A stretch of DNA of 64,000 nucleotides from Lama guanicoe (Eukaryota): assembly GCA_013239625.1 (NCBI GenBank), contig MU053881.1:5727957-5791956 (forward strand), written 5' to 3'. Position 1 is the first letter of the stretch, and each line of letters begins with the position of its first letter. This document shows, in pieces, positions 52,108 to 63,400 of this stretch. The position numbers and the translations under genes were made by a program. The notes beneath the pieces were generated by a model. The model was given only the letters and a program-made list of their open reading frames with translations. It was not told the origin of the DNA and did not search any database.

Positions 52108-53643
52108 ACTGTGTTGTGTTAACTGTAGCCCAGTGCCTCTGCTTTAATTTTTCCACATGAGAGAAGTACATGCAATATAGAACATGGTCAACTACAGCTG
52201 CAGCTGAGCTTCTGGAATGGGATAGGGTCAGGGGAGTAGGTGTACCGTACAGGGTACCTCTCTTGCAGTTTTGATGTGTGCTTGTGTCTTTCCCTTCTGT
52301 CAGAGAAGCACGTGATAAAAATCTAAGACATCTGTAATATATTTTCTCCCCCTCTGGCATATTTAATCAATGAATTATAGAACATAGTAAACTTTCACAA
52401 ATGGACAGCTTTTTATATATTACTTAAAAGTGCCCTGAAACAAGATTCCTTTGGTTGAGAGACGAAGTAGCAATCACCAATGCTGTTTCTCGCATCGGCC
52501 GTGGCGGAAGGGAAACTGGTGTTATGTCTTCCAGACCGTCCTCTCGCCCCCTTTTTGGGGACCTACGAACAACTGCATTGTTATGATTCACAATTACAAA
52601 TCAATGGAAAAATCTTATCTGCTTTTTAAGCAGCACAAGCAGTGAAACCTCAAATGTGTTTGTCTCTTCAAAGTGAATTACTTTTGACAACCTTGGCAGT
52701 CAAGTTTATAGATTTTATTGTTCTTTTCCAAATTCTTTTCATTTATTGTAGCATGAAAAAAATTATTACCATGTGACACCGTAAGATTTATGCATAATAA
52801 GAAACACTACCCTAATGATGATTTAACCTTGCAGTAAAATATTTACCCCTAAAACATAAGGTAAGAGCATTTCTAGGTTGGGAAATTTAGCAATAAATAG
52901 ATTTCTTTGCTGAGTCATTTTTTTTAAATTACAAACTCCTAAGAGCTATATGTATGCAGTAGCTCTCTTTTTTTATTGCAGGACAATATAAGATCGTTAT
53001 TAGGAAGATGATAAAAGTAGATAAGCCAAAAGAAGAGACCAAAGTCCTACTCAGGGTTCACCACTGTTAACTCCTTTGTATGTATCATTTCAGGCTTTTA
53101 AAAATTATGGTTGATAACTGTGCTTTTTTTCCCCCCTTTATTGTGAAATTGTCTCATGTCAGTTATGTCACTGTTTGATTATCATTCCCAATGGCAAAAT
53201 GGTATTTGATTGTTCGGATGTGCCCTGTTCTGTTATTTATGTTTTTCTCCCGGCTTTTAGCTGTTACAAAACGCATTGCCACGATTCTTGTAGCTTAATC
53301 GTTGCCCAACCCTGTGTTACCCTTGGATAGAATTCTAGAAATGTCTGCAGCGTCTGGGTTAAAGGGTATGACGTTTCAAGACTTTGATACATAGAGTTGT
53401 GTTACCCTCCGGAAGAATTAAGTCAGTTGGCCTTCCCACCAGCAGGGTTTGAGTGCCTACTTCTTATTTCTGGGTGTTAATACTTTTAAAATAATCCAGG
53501 TACTCTTACGTATCCTTCATGGGAAAACAGTGGAGAATGAAATTGAATCTGTCTTGAATTCACTGAGAAAGCTTATTAGGATTCTTGACCTTTGTGAAAA
53601 TTAACAACCTTTTAGGAAAGTTGCCTTTTAAAAAAAGTATACA

Positions 53644-53736
53644 GGGGGGAGGGCATAGTTCAGTGGTGGTGTTCAATCCCCAGTATCACCATTACAATAA
53701 ATAAACAAATAAACCTCATCCCCCCCTCCCCAAAAT
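53644..53736 (+). mobile_element. Internally deleted vic-1-type SINE
   Basis: GGGGAGGGCATAGTTCAGTGGT joined almost directly to GTTCAATCCCCAGTA, with the family tail. GTATACA TSD at 53637-53643 and 53737-53743. Confidence 0.8.
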
Positions 53737-54329
53737 GTATACAAGCTTTAAAGAAAAAAAACTCTTTTTCTCTTTCTTTCTCTCTCTGGCCATAGAATTG
53801 AATTAAGATTGTAACTTATTGGTTGTTGTGAAATCATTTTAATGGATTTTGACTTTGGGTGAAATTTAGGATATAAAATGTGAGCCTGCGGTGTCAATAG
53901 TAACGCTAAGTCTTGTTTCATGAATGTTCTGCTTAGGGAAGTGTGTTTGTATTGACATACACGGATAAATGTAGAGGTTGTGATTAAAATGGGTTCCTGA
54001 CTCAAGGTCATGGTCAAAAAAAAAAAGAAAGTGGAACATTCAATTGTCTTCCCATCTATGTTGTGTTGTCCTTTTATAAATGATTTATTTCAAAAAGCAG
54101 TAATTTCGGACTGTTAGCGTTCAGTTCAGAGGAACGCTTCACTTACTCGCTTGTGTGTGTTTTCTTTTCACAATGGTAAGTGAAGGCTCTTGGTCGGACA
54201 TGAGCCAGGCCCTGGTGGGCTCTGGGTGTCATAGAAGATTATTCTAAATATAAACTCTAAACATGAAGCATGTTTTGTTACATGCATGACTGCTAGCAGC
54301 AGCGTGAAAGATGATGGTTTACTGGGTCA

Positions 54330-54490
54330 GTCCTCTCTGAATCCCCTGTCACTTAATGGCTAATGTATGAACTGAGTAATGTGTCTGAGCCTCAGTTCTC
54401 TTGTTTGTGAAGTGGCTGTAATAGTCACTCCCTCATAAGGTTGTAGGTTATTATGAGGTTCAAAATATGTCTGGTGTGTAGTACGCACAA
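54330..54490 (+). mobile_element. MIR SINE
   Basis: tctgagcctcagttctcttgtttgtgaagtgg...cctcataaggttgtaggttattatgag. Confidence 0.75.
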
Positions 54491-56320
54491 AACAACTTGC
54501 AACTTCTATCTTGATGCTGATTATTTGAAAATCAATGTTATGTGTGGATGTGGATGGGCTGTGGCGTCTATCTCCATGTCTAACCAGAATATCCATCCCT
54601 GCTCCCTTTGTTTTTTTGTTTTTGTTTGGTTTTTGTTTTTTCAGGGTTTCCTAGTCTTGAACTACTGGCTACTGGCTACCAAATGCCTGAGGGAGTTCTT
54701 CACAGCTGAGTTATGAAGCTGGAATTGGTTCTAGACGCTGGGTAGATGCAAAGTACCGACATTTCTCACCTCCGATTCTGGCCTCTACTTGGAGAAGGAT
54801 ACCTTAGCTTCACCGACTTTCAGTAGCACAGAAGCCCTTTTCCTCCCCCCATCAGTGAAAAAAATCTAATGCTTCAAATGTAAATTGTTCATATAAAAGG
54901 AACGTACAGTCTGTTTTACAGAAGTCGATGGACCGTCAAGAGAAGACTTGTCCTCTAATTTATATTGCTTTGCACTTTGGTGTGATGTTAAGGAACAGCG
55001 TTCTTCTTCGGTGAAATTTTGGGTGCCAAACACCTACCCAGAATGTCCAGGGCTTTCTTTCTCAGAAGTTAGCGTTCTCCTTTTGACCGTCCAAGTCACT
55101 ATGAATTCTGACTTGTATTAGGAACATGTTGGACAATGAAAGAATTTCTCTGGACTGTTTTAGTCATGTTTTTTGGATTACACTTCCTTTCTGTACCAGT
55201 TTCTTTTAATTTAAAGAACTGCAAGCCAGGTTATATTATCTCCACAGGTAATATAGCTCTTTTCTTTTATTAACTGTTCTCTGTACCCGCAACCATCCCC
55301 TGATATTTGGTAGAGTAACACCTTTACACGTGTGCTTGCCTCCTAATTTAAGATACTGTATCCGCATGTAGATATAATGTACATAACAGTTTAACCTCAT
55401 GGTTGCTCGAGTCAGGGCCCCATGCCTGAGACACTAATGCAGAGTGTGTGCGCACTTAGCCGTGGGCTGGGCTCAAGAACCCGATTCCAGGGTTGACATG
55501 GATTACCTAGAACCCTTCCTGCAGTATTCATATAGTGTTTTTATTTTGTCATTGTCATTGTGTGTATGTGGTGTGTGTGTGTATTTTAATGGAAATTTTG
55601 TTTTAAAATGTAATTTCTAAAGTTTAACACAGAATGTTCTATTTGTTGTGCAGTATATGCAATAGAGAGGTACCTTAAAATTTTTTTGTTGTTTTTTTCC
55701 TCATCAGTACTCCTGAGCACTCGTGGTCACTTCCCATGGTGTACGTTCTGTGTGTTAGTAACCCTGGGAAGGGAAGAGCGGGAGGGCCGGTTGCCAGGCC
55801 CTCCTGGCTCTGGCATCCGTGCATCCTGCCCTCGGGGTGGTGGCAGGGCCCTCGTGGGGGTTGGAGCCATGTCCCAGGTCAGGCTGGTTCAGAGGCCCAT
55901 CTTGAGTGGAAGGGTCCTCCCATGTGGTGCGAAGCCTCAAGCTCACGAACCCCATCCTGTCATCTCTGGTGTCACCTGTCGTGGCGCTGGCAGGCTCTCT
56001 GCTCCCGCGTGCTCCGCAGCCCGGATGTGAGACTGGCCCCATCCCGCTGACGTGCCCGGAAGGGACTTTGGGTCGGCACTCCTTTTCTGTTGTTCCATAT
56101 TAGGTTTTGATTTGCCCCTTGCCATTGTTTCCAAAGATCAAGGAATGTCGCTAACATTTTAAAGGACCAATGAGAACCTCCTATTAACTAAACCTCTTCC
56201 CGTGGAAGCACATTCTCCCACCGAAGGGAAGGTGCCTGGGCTGTTTTGTCCTCTGCATTGAGAACGGTGTGGGGATCAATGTGTGTGTCTGTGATTGTTT
56301 TATGAGGTTGGCTTGCCTTT

Positions 56321-56347
56321 NNNNNNNNNNNNNNNNNNNNNNNNNNN
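56321..56347. other. Assembly gap (27 N) inside the 3'UTR
   Basis: Run of n characters. Confidence 1.
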
Positions 56348-57039
56348 GGGACCCACGTGTGGTTCCGGGATTGTTTTTTGTGGTTTGCCTGCCTTTTTTT
56401 TTTTTTTTCTTCCCTTTGTCCTTTTTTAAAAAATACATCCTTCCCTCCCACATGTTATACTAAATTAATTTCTATTTTTGAGAAGGTGAATCTCAAAGTG
56501 TAAAAAAAAAATCTCCCTCCATCAGGTGGATGTTGTAAGCCTGACAGTGGTTGTGAAAGTGACTTGACTTGTACCACTCTTCGTTCGACAGCTTTAATGC
56601 CAGCCGGTTAGGAGAGCCCAGCGGGCAGGGCAGGGAGGGGGGAGGGGCGGAGGCCGTTCTGAATGGATGGACTTTTCTGTTGTTTTTGCATGTTTAATAT
56701 GGAAGTTCATGTTCCTTGGGAGATCATGACCTTTGAATATGCACACAACCTTTGAATTGTGCCTACTAAATTATAGCAGGGGACTTTGGCACCCAAGGAA
56801 TTCTGACTTTCTGGGATTATAGTAGTAATTCCCAGCTGTACTCTGGACTTTATTTTGCTAACCATAATTGAGCAACTGCTATATTAATGTTTTAAAGCAC
56901 TGGGATAGTCTAATTCTAACTTGTAATTAATTATGTTTGCCAATTACCTGTTTGAATTAAATTTGTGTCTCAACAGCTATTGAAACTGTTAAATTGTACA
57001 GATATTATTCATGACAGCTTTGTACCGTGGAATGTGCTT

Positions 57040-57186
57040 AATAAAAAACGAAAAGTTTGACCTTTGTCCAATAAATTGCTAAGTGATGGCAATAAGTCAA
57101 GTATGAGTATTACGCAGTACACCTGATCTGGCTTCATGCAATTGTTACTTCAGCTACTAATTCAAAGCCAATACTCTATTAATAAA
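57040..57186 (+). terminator. Cluster of polyadenylation signals (AATAAA at 57040, 57070, 57181)
   Basis: Three canonical hexamers at the end of the UTR. TGTA motifs lie upstream and GT/T-rich sequence lies downstream of the last signal. Confidence 0.8.
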
Positions 57187-58704
57187 GTGTTGCAATACTC
57201 TGATGTTCTGTTAAGAAATTTTTCAAAAAAACTGTTGATGGGCTGTCAGTAACTCAGTGACATACAATTAAAGTTCGTAGATTGAAGACACCATCTGCTC
57301 TGTACAGTGAGGTCGAAGGCAGAGTACTCTTGGCCTGTGGAAACGGGGATGAGATGATGCCAGTCCATGCCCTGGGCCTTTTGCTGAAAGCAGACTTGAA
57401 CCTCGGGAGCTGGGGGCTGGTTCAGAACCCCTCCCCCACAGCAAATCTGCTTCCCGTAGGTCCTTCGTTGCTTCACAAGTTACTGTGAAAATATGAACAG
57501 AGTCCCTTAAATGTGCCAGGTGGCTTGGGATGGGAGTGAATCCTCTGGTTCTCGAAGAGGCTGGTGCAGGGGTCAGTGTGTGAAGTGCGGCTGAGCACAT
57601 TCCCCTTACACGTCGGACAGAAAGCTGTTGTCTTTCCTTTCTGCACATCCACCAGGCGCCGGCTGGGTGCCAAACGCAGAAAGAACGCTGTCAGCATCCG
57701 CAGGGTTCTGCCCCGAAGCCCTGTAGTCCTATTATTGCAAGAGTTTCCCTGATAACTCGCTTTTCCCCAGCCCTTAGGCAATCAAAGGGCTAATGTGGAG
57801 TTTGAGATGAAATTAAGAGTAATTCTATACAGTGCTGCCCCACCCATTTTTGTTGTAAAAAATATTTATGAGAATATGTAGCACCCATATGGTTAAGAAA
57901 ACCAACTTACAAGCCATAAAGAGATGGTATACAAAGTGGTTCTCCCTTTTGCTCTTGACCCTCAGTCCCCCAATTCTTGTTAACCAGTTTTTGGCACATC
58001 TTCCACCAGATAATAGTCCGTGTGTAGAAGGGTGTGCATTTCGTCCCCACACATGCCTGCGTTAATGGTAGCATGCTGGACTGCACCTTGCTTTTTCATT
58101 TAATACTCTTGAGATCACCCCATGTCGGTACACATAATTCTACCTCAGTCTTGCTGACGGCTGTGTAATATTTGGTTATAAGAATGTTCCATAAATTACC
58201 TAGTTTCTTGAGTGTTGGGTGGAGGGTGCTTCGTGCCATTTCCTATAATGATTGTTCCTTTTCACAGGTCTTTCTATCCCTGCCTGTGCTAAACAGAATA
58301 AACTATTCTTGGTGATTTGGGCCAACCATTATAAACAGCTGATGTTGAACCTAAAGGGTGCTGTTTAGCAGGAGGAGCCTCAGGTGTCAGACTGGACCAT
58401 CACCTCGCCAGCCGTCTCCTACCCTCACCCCACTGGTGCTTAGGAAATACGAGTTTCTTTTCTCCTTCACATAGGTGACATGTTACTGCATGAACTTCAC
58501 AGCTATGAATGCACGGAGAAGTTTTGTAGAACTCTTTCTATGTATAATCAGACTGGAGTAGTGCTTTGCCATTTCTGTCTCTTTGTTTTCTAGTTAATAA
58601 GGAGAAAGGAAGTTGGGCCGTCTGGCTGATAATCCTGTTACTAATTAGCTGTGTGGCAATACCCCGTTTTGGATTGTAGCTTTCCCTTGTATAAAAGAAG
58701 GTTC

Positions 58705-58830
58705 GCTAGTCCAAGTCCTGGCAGGCACGTGCTCCAGCCCTGGATGATCTGCTGCTTTGCAGGAATGCAGACCCAGTGATGCCAGGTCTAAATTTTCAAG
58801 AAGAGCTGAAAATCCAGATTACGATGAGAC
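58705..58830. mobile_element. MER102-like hAT relic
   Basis: aggaatgcagacccagtgatgccagg...ttttcaagaagagctgaaaatccagatt. Confidence 0.6.
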
Positions 58831-61302
58831 CCAATTTATAAAAGTTGGGAACTCTTAAAGTCAGTTGCTGGAGCACGTTTGCTATCTCTGAACTCACGCC
58901 ATTTTAAGCAATTCCTGTTGAAGCGTTGCATCCAAGATCGGCGACTGAGCTCTTGAAGAATGAAAGAGAGTCCAGGGAAAAGGGACAAATGAAGTGATAT
59001 GCCTTGTGGCAAAGTGACCAGCACACAGTAACCAATACATGTTTGTTTATGAAAAATGACCCAAAGGGGGAGATGTTTGAAAAGACGGGAGGAGGAGGAA
59101 GGAACCAAGGCAGTCACTGTCTTCAGTCACGTTCAGCGTTAACGGTAGTGTGCTGTACGTGCCACAAATCACATGCACTCCAGCTGCCCGCTTTTGTGCT
59201 GGGGCTGAGTTCGCGTTACAGCAAGACAGGATTTAGGGTTCTAAAGTGGACTTGGTCTGCCGCCTGGAGAAGACTGGGAGCTCCAAGATCTCTGAACTCC
59301 TGCTTGTTTGTTGCACAGATCTGGATCTAACACCTCAAAGACATGCATAAGTATCTGTAGGCTGAGGACATAGCCCTCTTCAGGTGATTACCTGCCCAAA
59401 TGCACTGAAATCCTCATTCAATGTTGTAAAATTTTTACCAGTTATAAGAAGCCGTGTGGAAGAATTACAGTGTAGACCGTAAGTGACTTTTGTTTTGTTT
59501 TGTTTTGTGCAGGTAGGGTAACCTGGGAAGCAGACTCCTATAAACGGATTTGTATTGTTCCATTGCTTTCCACTTTGTGGCCACCCTGTCTCCAGGAATT
59601 GCTTAATTGTATTTCTCAGAGTAGAGCTGTTATTGTTGGGTCGGTTTGGGAGAACTTGGGAGCGACCAAACCGAAGACTTACTCTGTGGCGGGGCATGCC
59701 TTAGGAACAGCTTAAAGCTGATGTTCTGGGGAGATCTCAGTGACTACCATTTAAGCTCCCTCCACCCTTCACCACCCGATTCTCCGATACAACGGACCTT
59801 TCTGTTCTCGTGGACTGTGTTCTCCCAAATACCCTGCAGCTCTGAAACACCACAACCTTTGGATCTTGGTGGAGACCATCCACAGGGGTCACCGTTACTG
59901 GCTGGCAGAGAGGAAAGAGCGTGAGCTTTGGGGCCTGCAGACCTATCTCGGGCTTGGAGCTCTGCCAGCCGATTGACAGCGGGTGCTCTGGGCAAGGGCA
60001 TTCCCTGCCCTGAACCTGAGCTTCCTCATCTAAGGAATGGAGACAGTATTTTAAAATCACTGTAAGGATTAAATGACAAAATCTATAAAGTGCCTAGTAC
60101 AGTGCCTGCTACATAATAGGTTTTCAACGCCAGCTCTTTTTGGTAGCTCCAACTGTGGCATTTACACAGATGGTACAGAATTTCCAGAGCAAAGTATAAG
60201 GGTTAGAGTTTGGGATGGTGTGAAATGAGACAAATTGAAACGTGCATAGGCAGATCGAGGCCTGTCTGGGCCTCCTGAGGGGGAAAGGCGAGGTAATTTG
60301 CTTACAGTCCCTGGTGAGGACTGGTGCCAGTGAGGACTTGAGCTTGTCAATCAGGACCTGAGCTCTTCAGTGGGTGGAACAGAGGGAGATGGACCAGGAG
60401 AATCATGTTTACGCCACGTTATTTTTGTCAATTTTGTTTTTCAGGGTTAATTCAGCTTTAAAAGCAGTCACCCTATCATATCCTCAGGGGGTGTTTCTGG
60501 GAAGAGAATGAGACCTCAACATGCCAACACCCTCCCCTCGCTGTGGTGTCTCCAAAGTGGGCAGGAGACAATGTCACATCCTCAGTGTGCGTGTAGGTGG
60601 TGGGTGGATGCGGGTGGTTAACACCAAGCACAACAGCAAGAATAAAAATAACCACCAGTTAGCAAGTGCCACGTCTGCTGGAAAGGGCTTTACGCATATG
60701 CTAATCCACAATAACCCTGTGTGGTTATATTATTACCATTTTACAGTTGAAGAAACTGAGGCTCAGGTGTGTCTCGCGGGGGTGAGCCCTGGGCCTGACT
60801 CCAGTCTATCTTGACCACCACAGCTGACCTCTTACCACGCTGCCTGGCCTCTCCTCCATGCTCTGTGGGCACAGTGATGCCAGCAGAACCTCCCCGGGGA
60901 ACCAGGCCTCAAGCTGTGCTGTCCCCTTGGCATTAACAGATCCCTGCACATCTCTTTTCCCTCCCACTCGTATGTCCCTGGCGTATGGTCTTCAGTCGTT
61001 AACAAATGTGTGCGGTGTGCCTTCAACAATGCACGCTGTGTGGGGGAGTGAGTGCATGGAGCTGGGGCCCAAGAGAGGAGGGGGCTGTATCCTGGGAGCA
61101 CTGGACAGCCACTGGCAGGGTTTTAAGCTGGTACCATCCAGTTAGAAGGCTATGTCGAGATTCAAGAGAGAAGGGTTGAGGCCTGGAATAGGGCAGAACG
61201 CTGAGCGCCGTTTTGAGGGATACGGAGATAAAAACTGCGGGACTCGGAGGAGGGAGGAGGGTGGGCTGACAGTGGCGCCCGTGTTCAGTGTGTGTCTCCT
61301 AT

Positions 61303-61321
61303 GCGCCACGAGGGGGAGCTC
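61303..61321 (+). promoter_or_regulatory. Weaker candidate CTCF site just upstream of the CpG island
   Basis: GCGCCACGAGGGGGAGCTC has two deviations from the core consensus. Confidence 0.4.
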
Positions 61322-61499
61322 TAATGGAAAGGAGACGCGGCCCCTGCTCTCAGGAAACTTACATTCCCCTGAAAGAGACAACGTACGGTGATGGCTACAG
61401 CGCCTGTACACGCATGAATTCACAAGGTAACTGCAGGTGGTGCTAAGTGCTCTGAAGAGATTACACAGGGCAGTGGGGGCAGTGGCCTGGAAGACTTCT

Positions 61500-62270
61500 G
61501 AGCCGCGACCTCAGCAAGCAGGAGCCCGCCACGCAATGTTCCAGGCTGGGGAGTTGTGGGGGGGGTTGGGGAGGGCGTGGCTTAGAGGCAAAGGCCCCCA
61601 GGTGGGAAGGGACGCCCCTGCGCGCCCTGCACGAACTAGCCGGCGGGGCGCCTGGTCTCCCAGATAAGGGAAGGAGGGGCCAGGCTGAGGGGGTAGAGGG
61701 GCGTTTGGGCTCGGACATTGCAGGTGCCTGCGAGGTGTTCAAGCGGCGCCTTCTCGGGCTGCGGAGAAGAGGGAGGCCCGCCACGGAGTCGGGAAGCACG
61801 TGGCACTTGGGAAGAGGGCACCGGAGGACACGCTCGCGCCCAGGGCCGAGAAGAAGCCGCCGGAAAGGTAGGGGCGTGATAACCAGCGGGCTTGGCGGGG
61901 CTCGGCGGACGCGCCCAGAACTTGGAAGGCCTTCTTTTCCAAACACTTGTGTCCGTCCGGGCTGCCCAGGCCTCCCGGGGAACAATGCCTGTCCACTAAT
62001 CACGCCGCAGGACACCTAATCCCGCTCCCGCTCCTTCCAAGGCAGCGCCGCGCTCTCCCGACGGCATGGGCTCCGGCGGCGAGAGCCAGCGGGCGCCCGG
62101 GAGCCGCCGCGCGCTCGGCCCGGCCCGGCCTCTCGGGGCCTTGGGAGTGTTCCCTGCGGCCCATCTGCACAAACAGACGGGGGCCAGGTCTGCGCCTCAG
62201 GAATGAGGAGATAAAAGGGACCATCGGGGCTTTTTCCACCAAAGGCGAAAGCGTTTTATAGAACGGGCTG
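61500..62270. promoter_or_regulatory. CpG island / promoter- or enhancer-like element with no assignable gene
   Basis: Visibly high GC and CpG density relative to the CpG-depleted window. SP/KLF box GGGCGTGGC at 61573-61581 and E-box CACGTG at 61797-61802. Confidence 0.75.
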
Positions 62271-63049
62271 CGAGTTTTTGTTTCAGGAAATTTCATCATG
62301 TCTCCAAGAAGGGGAGGGGAGAAAAAGAGCGAGGGAGAGAGAGAGGGAGAGAGGGAAGTTAATTGGCCTCAGATTTTCTCACTCCCTTTTCATGTTGGTA
62401 ACACGAGGCGGCCCAGGTCAGCCTCAGGTCAGCGACGTTTGGGCTCTTTAGTGCCCCTCTGTGAATACCTCATTTCTGTAATAGTTTTTCCTTTAAAAAC
62501 AGCTCTGCCTTCTTTGGCAGATGGTGACATTCCATTAGCATATGGAATATTTTTCAAAACACATCCGAAAGCATGTCTCTGACGGAGGAGACTGGGCAAA
62601 AGCAAACGAATGTTTGAAAAGTACGTTGGGAGCAACTCAACATTGAACAGAAGGTTCCCCCTCCACTCGCCCCCCCACCCACGCCTCCCCACCGTGGCTC
62701 CTGGATTGCTAGTGTAACCCAAAGAGGGGAGAGGATTTTCCTCCAAAGCTTAGTCGGTTGGCTTTACTATGACCATCACAGTACCCAGAGGGTGGCCAGA
62801 GAGAGCCTGAACCCAGAGGACAAAGAGCACGTTGGCATGACTTTGGTGAGACTTTGTGGATGGGGCCCTGGGGGTAGTGATGGATGCTTTGTGTTCGTTG
62901 AGCACCTCTTCTGTGCCAGATGCAGTGTGTGACATATTGTCTTTCCTGCTGAAACCCATGTACCACACAGTGGGCAGAGAGAGCTCTTGCACACAGAAGT
63001 CAGGCCGTGTCCCTGCCCTGTCTGACCCTCTCTAGCGGCTGCCCTCCCT

Positions 63050-63400
63050 GCTGAGTTAGAATCAGATTCAAACTCCTTGTTATGGTCTGCACTGATCTAG
63101 CCCCTGCCTGCCTGTCCAACATCAGCTTCTCTCTGTCACTCCCACCTGAGCTACATGACTTTCTTTCCGGTCTTTATTTCTGCCTCAGGGCCTTTGCACA
63201 AGCTGTCTCTGCTGCCTAGCATGCCATGACTCACTGCCCCCCCCCCAGCTATTCCTCATCATTCAGGACTCGGCTCAAATTCCCTTGTCTCTGAGAAGCC
63301 TTCTCTGACCAGGTCATCTAAACTACCCCATGTCACTCTCTGTCACATCCTGTGTTCTATTTACTCTATAATACTTACCATTTTATTACTTTTTTTGGTT
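63050..63400 (+). mobile_element. L2 LINE 3' fragment
   Basis: ctgcctcagggcctttgcacaagctgtctctgctgcctagc...ttcaggactcggctcaaat...gagaagccttctctgacc. Confidence 0.85.

Larger units (their letters stand above)
14153..57200 (+). other. FBXW11: FBXW11 (beta-TrCP2) gene, 5'-partial: 11 coding exons plus a non-coding terminal exon; bases 1-14152 are upstream intron
   Basis: Spliced translation gives the beta-TrCP D-domain, F-box and 7 WD40 repeats. Residues [45 protein letters not shown] and the C-terminus [21 protein letters not shown] match FBXW11 rather than the paralogue BTRC, from recalled sequences. All introns are GT-AG with compatible phases. Confidence 0.97.
54645..57200 (+). other. FBXW11: FBXW11 non-coding terminal exon (3'UTR, about 2.4-2.55 kb)
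   Basis: Long T-rich tract then ttttcag|GGTTTCCTAG. No recognisable interspersed repeats; AU/U-rich; ends at clustered AATAAA. The opening sequence resembles the human FBXW11 3'UTR as I recall it. Confidence 0.85.

Noticed and set aside
61437..62299. Overlapping R/P/G-rich ORFs, including the 184-aa ORF at 61461..62015
   Set aside because: Expected from stop-codon scarcity in GC-rich DNA; open in many frames on both strands with no recognisable domain.
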